Assembly (NCBI RefSeq): GCF_006345805.1
Contig: NC_043010.1
Span: 63,860,001 to 63,924,000 of the forward strand
Direction: 5' to 3'
Length of the DNA: 64,000 nucleotides
Source of the DNA: Octopus sinensis
Lineage: Eukaryota
Under the pieces are notes generated by a model. That model worked only from the letters and a program-made list of their open reading frames with translations. It searched no databases and was not told the origin of the DNA. Shown here in pieces: positions 1 to 11,160 of this stretch. Position 1 is the first letter of the stretch. The number at the start of each line of letters is the position of its first letter. Both the position numbers and the translations under genes were made by a program.

Positions 1-589
1 TGTGGGTGAAAGTTTTTTCAAAGGGGTGGGCAGAAGACTTTCAAAGAGAAAGAAATTCATAAGCCATATTTTTGCTTTTGAATGTAATGGAAAAAAGTTT
101 GAAAAATATTTTTTTAGATTCCTTTATAAATTTATATATACACACACAGTGTATCACACTAGTATTATTTGGGGCCAGTGATGACAGATCAAAGATATAT
201 ATACAAGGGACTGAACATACATTTTAATGCAGCACTCTTTTTAAATCATTGCTATAGTCAACCATACACATTGTTTATTTAAACAGGATTATTTTGAGGG
301 TTGTGAGCCAATATAGCCTCATTGAAATTAGGTTACTTCCTGGTCTCTCTCTCGTTATTGTAGTATAGATTACTGTTTCTAGTGGTAATACAAGCTAAAT
401 TTTTCAAAACCTGGATTGTTTCTACTCTCTGCTCAATCTCACATTCGTGCTATGCACATATTAGAAGCAAGGAAGATTGTTTTGTATGTATTTTTGGAAA
501 AAAACTGCGTCCAGTAGTTATCTCGATGGTTTTGTTGTGTTGTTTATCGCAGGGTTATGAAAGCCCTAAGATTCCGCCCAAATGCCCTA

Positions 590-2507
590 CACCTTCCAAA
601 GTTTCTGGCAGAGAACCTAAGCACCAGAAAGAGGTTAAGATGCTCCCTGAGAAGGCACAACAGCTAGATATGCTCTGGGAAAGTAAAAGTTATGCAGCAG
701 TAGGCCACTATTATGGGGTCAATGAAAGTACCATATGCTACATAAAGAAGACCGAGGTAGCGATCAGGACTATCGTAGCAGTAAGTTTCTGTGAAAGTGC
801 CCAAAAGATAACAATAGTGAGAAATAAGTAGTTCGTCAGGGAAGACAAGAAAAAAAAAATCCCCTTTAAAAGTAACATCATCTGTGAGAAATTGCAGAAA
901 TTATACCAGCAGTTTGACAGAGGAGAGGGAGCTGAAGGCACCAAAGTGTTGTAACCAAGACCATTGACAGTACTGGCACCCAAAGATTTTCAAGCCAGCA
1001 GGGAATGGTTTGACTGTTTCCAGAAACGGTTTAAAATAAAGTGTGTTTGCCTGCATGAAGAGACAAAGAAACCAGCAAGAAGTACCTCGAGACCTTTAGG
1101 CAGATCATCGAGAAAAAGGGATACAAGCTGGAATAGGTTTTCAATATGGATAAAATTAGCTTGATCTGGAAGAAGATGCCTTCCAGAACATAAACCATGA
1201 AGGATAAAGCCAGAGTCCCAGGATTTAAGGCACAGAAGGACAAAGTGATGCTAATTATGTATGGCAATGCTGTTGGCTTTATGATGAAACCAGGACTTAT
1301 CTACAAGTTTGCAAACCAGAGGACCTTCAAAAATAAGAATAAAAACCTGCTGCCTGTCCACTGGATGTGCAACCCCAAGGCCTGGATTACCAAGAATCTA
1401 ACTCTGAATCGGTTCCACCAATAATTCATCCCTCAAGCCAAGGAATACCTCCAAAACGTATGCATGGAGTTGCTTGTGAAGGATAATGCTGGTGGTCACT
1501 CTTTGTATTTGAATCACCAGGGAGTCCAAGTTGATTTTGTCCCGGTCAGCACCACCTCCTCCATCCAGCCTATGGATCAAGGTGTGATCCATGCCTTCAA
1601 GACATTTTACGCTCAGAACACTCTCCAACATCTTGTGGACATAATAGATTTGGACGAGAATTTCAAGTTAAAGGAGTACTGGCGTAACTTTACGACCACA
1701 ACATGCCTGTCACTCATCCATGCTGCTCTTAAAGAGATGTAAAAGGAAACCCTCATTGCATGCTAGAAGCAGGTATGGCTGAGTGCGTCCAGGACTATGA
1801 GAGATTCTCACCTGAAGATATTCAGCATGAGACTGTCAGCAATGCAGTGAAACTGGGAAAGGTTTTGATGACATCACGCAAGAAGAGGTCAACGATATGT
1901 TGGAGTTAACGAAGTCTGCCAGCAAAGTGGAGGCAGAAGCGCCAGATACAGAGGAAGAGGAGGATGTGGTGGGCCTGGCAATTGAACATCTATCTGACCT
2001 TTTAAGGACAGCAAAGGAATTGCAAGGGAAGGCTGAAACAGGGGATCCCTATATGGTTCGGTCTCTCCAATTTAAAAAAGCTGTCGATGTGGCTATGCAG
2101 ACATATAAAACACTCCTCACCATCTTGAAGAAACAACGACACCAACTTCCCATTACAACGTTCCTCAAACTCACCAAGAAAACCTTGCATGAAGATACGA
2201 TATCTCCTAAAACATCTCAAGAAGGGACGTCACCAGAAGAGCTTTAAATGTTTGCTGTGCAGTAATTACCTTTATTATTTTCATCGTCGTCTTAAATCAG
2301 TATCATTCATTATTGGTGAGTAAACATACATTTTACATCATTCTTTATTAAATCATTATTAAATATTATGTGCAGGTGTGTGTGTAATATTTTAAGTTAT
2401 ATTTTGACATTTATAGGCATTTTATAGACCACATCCGATATTCACGCATTTTCAGTATTTGTGGGAGCTTGGGGAATGTAACAAGCATGAACACCGGGGG
2501 ATGACTG
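590..2507 (+). mobile_element. Degenerate Tigger/pogo-like DNA transposon (CENP-B HTH + DDE_1 transposase remnants)
   Basis: Frameshifted ORF pieces: 'KSYAAVGHYYGVNESTICYIKK' (HTH), 'FQASREWFDCFQKRF', 'KAQKDKVMLIMYGNAVG', 'LLVKDNAGGH', 'TTSSIQPMDQGVIHAFK' (DDE motifs). The right end ...GGGGGATGACTG|TA at 2507-2509 fits a CAG-type TIR with TA target. Left TIR not found. Confidence 0.9.
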
Positions 2508-2591
2508 TAATAATTGTGATTTATTTTACATTAAATTAGATTGTTTTGTTTTTTTGCTTTTTTTTTAAATTCACAATTGAATAATCAAAAA

Positions 2592-2711
2592 TCAGCTGAG
2601 CTCTTTGATGAGTTTAGCCAAATCAACAGGTGTTGGGCCTTTTGACACACCTGATATCTTGATTGATTTTGCTTTCAGCTGCTTCTCAGTACTTGGTCCC
2701 AATGCCAGCAC
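2592..2711 (-). pseudogene. UROS: Duplicated copy of the UROS terminal coding exon (orphan or alternative last exon)
   Basis: 120/120 nt identical to 18262-18381. Intact TTTCAG| acceptor, VLALGPST...LIKELS* and a downstream AATAAA. The duplicated block is about 2519-3165 versus about 18189-19390. Confidence 0.85.
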
Positions 2712-3236
2712 CTGAAACAGAAAACCATGGCAACAATTCAATAATTCTCCCAAAACATGGCTGAGATTTTTAGGATTCTTCTTAGACATAGTGGACACAA
2801 TATCTGTGAGGGTAACATTCTGGCCCCTTGGCCTGCATTCAGCATAAATGCTGCTTGCTTCAGAATTTATGCTAAATGCACCTTTTATTGGAGGTGTATT
2901 CAAATTTAAACGATTAAATGCAAAGAATGAAACAATAGATTTAGAATTAATATTTAAGTGTAATATGCAAATGAAAGATTAAAAATTATAATTTAAATAT
3001 AAGTAAAAATCCAATCCATTCTATTGACCTTTGATGGTTGATGAACACTGAAACTGGGATGGGTAACAGAAGAAAAATGGATTTTTATGTGATTTTGCTT
3101 TGAAGAGGCTGAGTAATGTCTGTGATTGTTTGCAGGGCTTCTGACATACAAGGGGAAGGTTATCTCTTTTTATTTGATGGGTCTGGAGATTGAAGCAGTG
3201 CACATGGTGAGACTGATGCTGTTAATGTTCCACATA

Positions 3237-3641
3237 GGATCTTTTCGATTTGAATGGCAGTGTTTTTAAAATAATTTCCACGTAACTAAACACTTTTAAA
3301 CTTCGTATCCTGGGAGAATGTGTTTATAAAACATCTTTTTCTCTTGGCTTTATTGAGAAAATTCTATACTTTGTAAGATATTTGTTGTATTTTTCTTCAA
3401 AATCTGCAATTTCAACCAATCAGTTACGTCTATTGAGGTAAAAAGCATTCTGTGCCGTATGAATATGTCCCTTGTTTAAGAAACAGATTGGGTTTATTTA
3501 CATTTGTGAAGAAAAACAGATACCCTTCCCCCCACCCTAAAACAGATAGAAATGCAATAGATCGATAGTAGGGTCATAATTATGGGTGACTATTTCATAT
3601 GACACCGTTAGAAAAAACTGCCGTTCAAACCGAAAAGTTCC
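3237..3641. mobile_element. MITE family M1 (TIR GGATCTTTTCGGTTTGAACGGCAG), 8-bp TSD
   Basis: TIRs at both ends; TSD TCCACATA at 3229-3236 and 3642-3649. Confidence 0.85.
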
Positions 3642-4187
3642 TCCACATAAACTGTTGCAAAAACATCACCCACATGAGCAAAGTGGGATTTTCTGATGTC
3701 TACCTTTCTGACAACATACTGGTTAGCGCAGAGTTTAAGGTTTAGGACAAAACATTGGTGATGAGAAGGTAGAGAACAGGTGAGATCAGCCTGCTCTGGG
3801 AAGAGGAGACCAATGCAGTATCTATATTTGATCAATAACCACCAATAGGTTCATACTGAACATATCAGTATCTATCAAAAAGTATCATTCATGAAATGAT
3901 TATGAATTTAAATTACATTGTAGATCCAACTAACAGGTTTAATAATTATTTAATCATAGGTAGTTAGCGTGGAAAAAAAAATATGCTTAGAAATTATCAG
4001 CAGTTATAAAATAAAAATACACATTTATTATATAAGTAAATTAGGTTTGTCAAGAATCTTATCTGTTTGTTACACGCGTTAGAGTGCTGTGCTTAGCAAT
4101 AGAAGGATATGAAAGACAATCGACATTTTTATAATAAGGGAATAAATTTAGTTGTTACGTTTTAAACGAACTTAACTATGAAACAAA

Positions 4188-4452
4188 GGTACTACTTGCA
4201 CCCGCGCATCCGAACTAGCTAGCCGTGACGAGTCCATCCTTCAACAACTACCTAGCAAAGTAAATAAAACACAAAATAAATATTTTTTTTACACAAAGTA
4301 AATAAAACGCAAAAACACAAAGTAAATAATTTTTTAAAAACAAAGTAAATAAAACAAAAACACAGCGTAAGGATCGACTAGTCAAGACTAGCTAGCGCGG
4401 ATGTGCGAGTACGCGAGTGTGCGCACCGGGGTCACTCCTCTTAAGTAGTACC
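4188..4452. mobile_element. MITE with 9-bp TSD (Mutator/MULE-like)
   Basis: TIR GGTACTACTT...AAGTAGTACC; TSD TGAAACAAA at 4179-4187 and 4453-4461; internal CAAAGTAAATAAAA repeats. Confidence 0.8.
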
Positions 4453-4576
4453 TGAAACAAAATCAAAGAGGATCAAAATCTTTAACAATGAAGGGATATG
4501 AATAAAGTAATTAAATTACCAAGAGTTTGCGCAATATTATTCAAACACAAATCCATTAGAATTTTCCATTAGGTTT

Positions 4577-5269
4577 TTAAGAGGGAATCGTAGCTGAACG
4601 ACCCAAATTTTCTTGACGATAGCTCTCGAGGGATTCCTTCAATTTACCCCAGTTTACCATCTCTGGAAGTTCTGGAAATTGACTGAGGGCTTTCAAGAGT
4701 TTTACTAATCCACCAGGCATGAAACCTTCTTTTCGTCTCCAGGCATTAAATACCACGAACTTCTGCATGTACTCATTGCCACTATTCTTAGCGTTAGTGA
4801 TTTTCCCCATTTCAACGCCTAATTCGATTGCCGCAGCTTCCCAACCACTTGACACAAACAATAACACACGACCAAGCAATCTCTCGTCTAGATCTAAATC
4901 TTTAGCACAATTGAGGACGGCAGCCACTTCAGGCTCCACCACCGGGGAATTGTCAGTTTCTTCCACGATTGTGGCCAAAGAATCGCAAGTGTTGTCTCTC
5001 AGACACTTCAAAAATTCATCAAATATTCTAGAAATATTACTTTTGTCCTCGTTTTTCATTTTTTCAAGAAGGAATTTGAGAAAACACCGATTTTTTTGAT
5101 GTATAACTTTCTCCGCTTGAACAGTGTACATTTCCTCTTCAGTAAAGATTGAACTTGCAAAAAACTCATCAAGTATTATGTCTATAAGTACTGCATCGAT
5201 GCCGTCCACGAGTTGTTTATAACTTCGTTGAATTTTGTTCGCATTGAAAAGCCTTTGTTTGTCTGCCAT
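4577..5269 (-). CDS. CARD + death-domain adaptor protein, paralogue 1 (RAIDD/CRADD-like architecture), 230 aa, intronless CDS
   Basis: ATG at 5269 (MADKQRLFN...) aligns with paralogue 2's start. CARD-like 'LVDGIDAVLIDIILDEFFASSIFTEEE...KNRCFLKFL...FDEFLKCL'; DD-like 'VSSGWEAAAIELGV...VFNAWRR...LVKLLKAL'. Confidence 0.85.
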   Translation of the reverse strand: MADKQRLFNANKIQRSYKQLVDGIDAVLIDIILDEFFASSIFTEEEMYTVQAEKVIHQKNRCFLKFLLEKMKNEDKSNISRIFDEFLKCLRDNTCDSLATIVEETDNSPVVEPEVAAVLNCAKDLDLDERLLGRVLLFVSSGWEAAAIELGVEMGKITNAKNSGNEYMQKFVVFNAWRRKEGFMPGGLVKLLKALSQFPELPEMVNWGKLKESLESYRQENLGRSATIPS

Positions 5270-5439
5270 TTTCTTACCGGAACCGAGAGTGATCTCCCTT
5301 GAATTACAAACCTTCCAACACTTCCTGAATCTCCGACTCAGCACGTCACATGCTACACGCCCCCAACAGGTGAGGTTTACGAATGTCTGTCTCTTGAAGT
5401 CGTATACCTCACGCAAAAGTAGAAAGGTATTCTTTTCTG

Positions 5440-6046
5440 GGATCTTTTCGGTTTGAACGGGAGTTTTCAACACAATTTCTAGTTAACTAAACACTTTTAA
5501 ACTTCGTATACTGGTAGAATGTGTTTATAAAACATCTTTTTCTCTTGGCTTTATTGAGAAAATTCTATAGTTTGTAAGATATTTGTTGTTTTTTTTTCCT
5601 TCAATTTTTACCCAGGATAACAAAATTCAAATAAAACATGGATCTTTTCGCTTTGAACCGCAGTTTTTAAAAATAATTTCCACGTAACTAAACACTTTTA
5701 AACTTCGTATCCTGGTAGAATGTGTTTATAAAACATCTTTTTCTCTTGGCTTTATTGAGAAAATTCTATACTTTGTAAGATATTTGTTGGGTTTTTTTCC
5801 TTCAATTTCTGCAATTTCAACCAATCACTGACGTCTGTTGAGGTGAAAACATTCTGTGCCGTATGAACATGTCCCTCGTTTAAGAAACAGATTGGGTTTA
5901 TTTACATTTGTGAAGAAAAAAAGATACCCTACCCCGTAACTCTAAAATAGATTGAAATGCAATAAATTGATACTAGGGTCATAATTTTGGTTGACAATTT
6001 CATATGACACCGCTAGAAAAAACTGCCGTTCAAACCGAAAAGATCC
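5440..6046. mobile_element. Composite M1 MITE insertion (partial copy 5440-~5605 plus full copy 5640-6046)
   Basis: Two GGATCTTTTCG starts and one terminal GAAAAGATCC; flanked by an 18-bp direct repeat with 17/18 matches (5422-5439, 6047-6064). Confidence 0.8.
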
Positions 6047-7113
6047 GAAGGGTATTCTTTTCTGTTCTCATGGGGCATGTTACTTAGAAAGAGGGAGAGC
6101 TATTCCAAAATTCCCCCCTCTTATAAATTGAATTCACCCGTTTCTCTCTCTTATACCACTCCTACCCTCTCTCTCGTCTACAAATTCCCGCTCTTTCCAA
6201 TTATTTCGGGATGGGAGGTGGAATCCAATTTCCCACGCCACATTTTTTTCTGAATAAAAACAAGGAGTTTGCAACACATTAGAAGGTCAGATTACTTGAT
6301 TCCACGCAAAAAATCCGAGGTTTTCTTCGTGAAACGTGTACGGGTGTACTGATCAAAATTTATCCAACAAAAATCCACCCGATAGATTAAATCAACGAGG
6401 GGTGGATATTTTTGTTGCAACTAGAAAACGATTAGAAAATATCAATTTTTTCGTATAGAATAAGAGGGATGTATTCTTTCCGGAATGTGTGTGTGTTTAA
6501 GTGCGTCATGCCTAAGTTTAATTACCTTGGATTCACACTAATATTTTCAATCAGTTCATAGAATACCAAACATGCTGTTGCTATTGGTTACATTTGTCTC
6601 ATACATTTCAATGAGGAGCATTTCTAAAACTTTAGCGTAGAAAAAAAAAAAAAAGGAAAACTGCTGCTGCTGCACAAGCAGAGCAAGTCAATGCGGTCGT
6701 CCGAGGCATACGTTCTATACAAAAATTGATTCGATTAGACATCTCTCAGATTTTAATCTTAATCCGTTGTTTGGTTTAACATCTGAAGTGCCTTTGGCGG
6801 AATCCATTTCTGTTGGATGCATTCGCGCAAGGTCTTTGATCTGAGGATAACTTGTGTAACTTGTGAATTTCAAAAACGCTGGAAATGCCATGAGGGCTGC
6901 CTTTCTTCCTCCAGTGTAAATATTTCGAAAGAAGTGAAATCATAAATCGTTCTGAACCTCTTCCTAAATCCTGATCCACTTTTCAAAAAACAACACGGTT
7001 ATAGAAGTATAATATATACATTCAGAAATGTATGTATATGCACTCTGAATACTGCTGCTGTATACGGCTTTCCCTTTTGTGTTATATAATCAGAACATTG
7101 ATCGGCGCCAGCG

Positions 7114-7497
7114 GTGGAGGCGCAATGGCCCAGTGGTTAGGGCAGCGGACTCGCGGTCATAGGATCGCGGTTTCGATTCCCAGACCAGGCGTTGTGAGTG
7201 TTTATTGAGCGAAAACACCTAAAGCTCCACGAGGCTCCGGCAGGGGATGGTGGTGATCCCTGCTGTACTCTTTCACTTCAACGCTTACTTCCTGTTTCTG
7301 TTGTACCTGTATTTCAAAGGGCCGGCCTTGTCACTCTCTGTGTCACGCTGAATATCCCCGAGAACTACGTTATGGGTACACGTGTCTGTGGAGTGCTCAG
7401 CCACTTACACGTTAATTTCACGAGCAGGCTGTTCCGTTGATTCGGATCAACCGGAACCCTCATCGCCGTAAACGACGGAGTGCTTCCCTTCCCTTCA
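7114..7497 (+). mobile_element. Full-length tRNA-derived SINE with 14-bp TSD
   Basis: A-box TGGCCCAGTGG, B-box GGTTTCGATTCC, short (TTCCC)n tail; TSD GATCGGCGCCAGCG at 7100-7113 and 7498-7511. Related copies at about 26735-26995 (minus) and 33478-33595. Confidence 0.9.
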
Positions 7498-8296
7498 GAT
7501 CGGCGCCAGCGTTTGAGCTTCAGACAATGTTTTCAAGTATTTCTTCCGGCTCTTTTCGTTCTGTGTTAAATCTCGGCAAAGTAAGCCTTAACTTTCTCCT
7601 CTCCAGAGGCGATGGAATAAAGTATCAGTCTAGTACTAGCTTCAATTTAAAAGGCCTCGCCACAAGATTTCTGATAGCGTGCATATATTAAAGACAAGTA
7701 TTATGTTATATAATTGCAAATAACTGAATGTCACAGTGAATTGACGTATTATCCATTTTACAGATGCAATAAAAGCTAATCTTACTTTAATAATACATTT
7801 TTAGGTATACAACTGTTCGAAAAAAAGCGTTTTTCAAGAAAAGAAATGCTAATTTGTACTTTACGAATTTAATCTGAAAATCAGTTTTAGCTTTCTCTAA
7901 ATATCACTAGAGAAACCGAGTATGGAATTGCACGTACATAATTATGTTTATTTTAATTAACTTTAATACACATTGATACTTTTGGGTTGACGACAGTTCT
8001 TGAATTATAATGCGGAGCTGAGCACCCTTTATGATTAATATATATCCATTCTCCTGAAAGTTATGAAGGAAAAAATCATATCTGAATTTTCTGAAAGTCT
8101 TCTCCACACCCATCACGTTCGTTTGCGCAAATTACTTTGTTCATATTCGTTTTCTACACATTTTTTTACACCTAGTACGCTGTTTTTTTTTTCGTTAACT
8201 GGTCTCAAACTTTACATAAACTCAATTTATATGGCACCACAATAAAATGTATAGGCGGATCCAGATACGGCTATTTTGAATGCTGCCCCCAATAAA

Positions 8297-8308
8297 TGTG
8301 CATGCGCA
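8297..8308. promoter_or_regulatory. NRF1-like element upstream of paralogue 2
   Basis: TGTGCATGCGCA matches 11/12 of TGCGCATGCGCA, about 100 nt before the ATG at 8410. Confidence 0.35.
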
Positions 8309-8409
8309 GACGTTGCTGTGTAGCTTAGAAGTTCAACAACTGAAACGTTTTGTGTTTACCCACATACAACACTAAGTGGCATATCAAGGGAAATCATACT
8401 TAGAGCACG

Positions 8410-9057
8410 ATGGCTAACAAACAGCAGCTCGGGAACTTAATTAAAATTAAACGATGTCATGTGGATCTTGTGAAGGGGCTTGATGATGTGACAATAAATA
8501 ACATGGTTGATCGTCTTTTATCTCAATCGTTTATCAATGACGAGGAAAAGAATGGAATTCAAGCAAAAGAGACTCCACAAGACAAAGCTCGGAACTTACT
8601 AGACGTTATTCGCCGCAAAGTGGAAAGCCAGGATAAACAGAATAAGTCAGAATTATTCAATGGATTTGTGGAATGTCTAAAAGAATATAACTCGAGTTTA
8701 GCATCAACCGTGGAAAAGACTGATGACAGTGTGCCGAATGAAGAACGTGAAATAGATTATATTAAATGTGCAGAAGGTATAAATTTGGATGAGAAAATGT
8801 TAAATCGCATCATGGAGCACGTAGACTCTGGATGGGAACATGTGGCTACCGAATTAGGTGTTAGCCATGTGAAACTTAGTATTGCTAAGCAAAACACCTC
8901 AGACGTACGCACCCAGATGCTTGAGGTATTTAATGCTTGGAAAGACATACAGCCCCACGGATCAAATGGATTATCAAAACTTCTAGAAGTCTTCGATCGC
9001 TGTTATGAATGCAACATAGACTTGAAGAAAATATATGAAGAAATAAAGAAAAAATAA
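8410..9057 (+). CDS. CARD + death-domain adaptor protein, paralogue 2 (RAIDD/CRADD-like), 215 aa, intronless CDS
   Basis: CARD pattern 'HVDLVKGLD...VDRLLSQSFINDEEKNGIQAKETPQDKARNLLDVI...FNGFVECL'; DD pattern 'VDSGWEHVATELGVS...QMLEVFNAW...LSKLL'. About one-third identical to paralogue 1 (33/92 over the CARD, hand alignment). Confidence 0.9.
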   Translation: MANKQQLGNLIKIKRCHVDLVKGLDDVTINNMVDRLLSQSFINDEEKNGIQAKETPQDKARNLLDVIRRKVESQDKQNKSELFNGFVECLKEYNSSLASTVEKTDDSVPNEEREIDYIKCAEGINLDEKMLNRIMEHVDSGWEHVATELGVSHVKLSIAKQNTSDVRTQMLEVFNAWKDIQPHGSNGLSKLLEVFDRCYECNIDLKKIYEEIKKK

Positions 9058-9625
9058 GATTAAAAAAAGCCTCACAATCTCGACTGTCTTGTATGTTTAT
9101 ATTAACAAAGTATCGTTTATCCGATACACTTGTTGATATGCACAGATCAATATATAAATGGACAAAGAACAGACACGTCGAAAATGAAATTATCCAACAC
9201 TGAACAGCATAATTCTTACATCGTGGACCGATATAAAACATCGACATCGACATGCGAAAACTGAAACTATGCATTATTAACAGACGTTACATTTTAATTA
9301 TTGAATACTTTTCAACGAAGTTTATTTTCGACTTTTAATATGGAAACTTACCGGGTGAGAGTGAATTCATATCAAACGCGGAAGTATGCAATATAGTCCT
9401 TCATTGATTTAAAAAAAAATTTAACGAAAACCTTAATCTATTTTTTATATTAACTTTTCGATAATAAACATCATAATTAAAAAAAAAATTCATTATGGAT
9501 AGTATCAATCGCTATAATATTATTTACTTAAATATATGTATTTTTTATAACAAACCGTAGTTTTTGTAAAAATAGAAACGGTCTTATTTAGTGAAAACTA
9601 AGAAAACAGTTAATCTCTAGTTTAA

Positions 9626-10022
9626 GACTCGGTCACACTAATGAAATAAAAATAGTGTAAAATAATGTGTAGTTAACGAATATGAAAACAAAAAATGTGC
9701 ACTGACGAACGGTTGTGGGGCGAGGACTCGGAAAATTCACACGATAAGGTAACCCAACTTTGACACAGGGCCACCAAAAGGAAAAAAAAAACCCAAACAA
9801 AACAAGTGTAATAGGTATAAAATTATGTGAAGTAAATGAATATGAAAAACAATTGCACCGACGAACGGAATGGGTAGGGAGAGATCTCGGAAAATCCAGT
9901 ATGTGAATTTTCCGAGTCCTCTCTCCAACCGTCCGTTCGCCAGCGTGCATTTCTTTTTCTTTTCACATTCGTTTACTGCACATTGTTTACACTATTTATT
10001 TCTCATTTTTGTGACCGGGTCC
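9626..10022. mobile_element. Foldback MITE, PIF/Harbinger-like
   Basis: Long imperfect TIRs starting GAC(T/C)CGGTCACA; TTA/TAA-like flanks; internal inverted GAGGACTCGGAAAATTCACA. Confidence 0.6.
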
Positions 10023-10419
10023 TAAAACAGAGATTAACCAAAAAAGCAGTGAACTGCAACATAACAATATAATATATTAAAAATCGTTTTGTACTCCTGA
10101 AAACAAACCTGTTGCCATGGTAAGTGAATGGAATTTGGTGAATTTTTAATTTTGAAACACGTTAGGAGGGAATGTTGCACTTATGAGGGGAGCAGCAATT
10201 GGTAGGGGCACAGGATAAGGGCAATGCGAGGAAGAGAAACGGGCATTGATTACACTGCCGCAAGGTACGCACATCTAAGAATTGTTTTTGGAGAAGAGAA
10301 GACGCACGTATAATTGTAATGTGCATCGGTTTAAGGGAGACCACTTCAATTTCTGGTAATAATAACATTGCTTGGATATGGGAATAAAATTCGTAAATGT
10401 TACACAAAGAACAACTTTT

Positions 10420-10876
10420 GGATCTTTTCGGTTTGAACGGCAGTTTTTTCTAGCGGTGTCATATGAAATTGTCACCCATAATTATGACCCTAGTATCGAT
10501 CTATTGCATTTCAATCTGTTTTAGATTGGGGGTGGGGGAAGTGTATATTTTTTTTTCTTCACAAATGTAAATAAACCCAATCTGTTTCTTAAACGAGGGA
10601 CATATTCATACGGCACAGAATGTTTTCACCTCAATAGACGTCATTGATTGGTTGAAATTGCAGAAATTAAAGAAAAAAAAATATATAGAAAAATATATAG
10701 AATTTTCTCAATAAAGAAAAAAAAAACAACAAATATCTTACAAAGTATAGAATTTTCTCAATAAAGCCAAGAGAAAAAGATGTTTTATAAACACATTCTA
10801 CCAGTATAGGAAGTTTAAAATTTTTTTAGTTACCTAGAAATTATGCTAAAGACTGCCATTCAAACCGAAAAGATCC
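10420..10876. mobile_element. MITE family M1, opposite orientation, 8-bp TSD
   Basis: TSD CAACTTTT at 10412-10419 and 10877-10884; same TIRs as 3237-3641. Confidence 0.85.
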
Positions 10877-11160
10877 CAACTTTTTTGAAAATAGTCATCT
10901 CTGTTTCAGCAGCTATATTCTCTAACTTATTTATGGACATACAAAACTAATAAACAGAATAGACATATCGTGACTCAGAGCTACAAAGCTAACACTACAA
11001 TATTTGATGGCCACTTCAGTTAAATGAAACGCTGAAAATGTTCTGGCCGAAATTGATGTATGTCTATTCACAAAATGCAAGTACAGTAGTCCCTTGACTG
11101 TCATAGGTGTTACGTTCCAAAACCCGTATGATAAGTCAAATTCTGCTTAGTAGAAACAGT

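Noticed and set aside
2712-2903. N-terminal part of ORFs 2592..2903 and 18262..18573
   Set aside because: Intron read-through upstream of the UROS acceptor.
4719-5099. Antisense ORFs over the CARD-DD genes (also 8757-8948, 8930-9274)
   Set aside because: Shadow frames of real CDSs with no recognisable motifs.
5270-5473. 68-aa N-terminal extension of ORF 4577..5473
   Set aside because: It starts at TTG inside a MITE; homology to paralogue 2 begins at the ATG at 5269.
6700-6980. Possible hAT transposase C-terminal remnant or upstream exon of paralogue 1
   Set aside because: The resemblance ('YPQIKDLAR') is too short to support.
7114-7190. tRNA genes at SINE heads (also 33478 and family A heads)
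   Set aside because: They have A/B boxes but no complete cloverleaf and run into SINE bodies.
8388-8397. NF-kB site (GGGAAATCAT)
   Set aside because: It lacks the terminal CC of GGGRNNYYCC; reported only as a shared motif.
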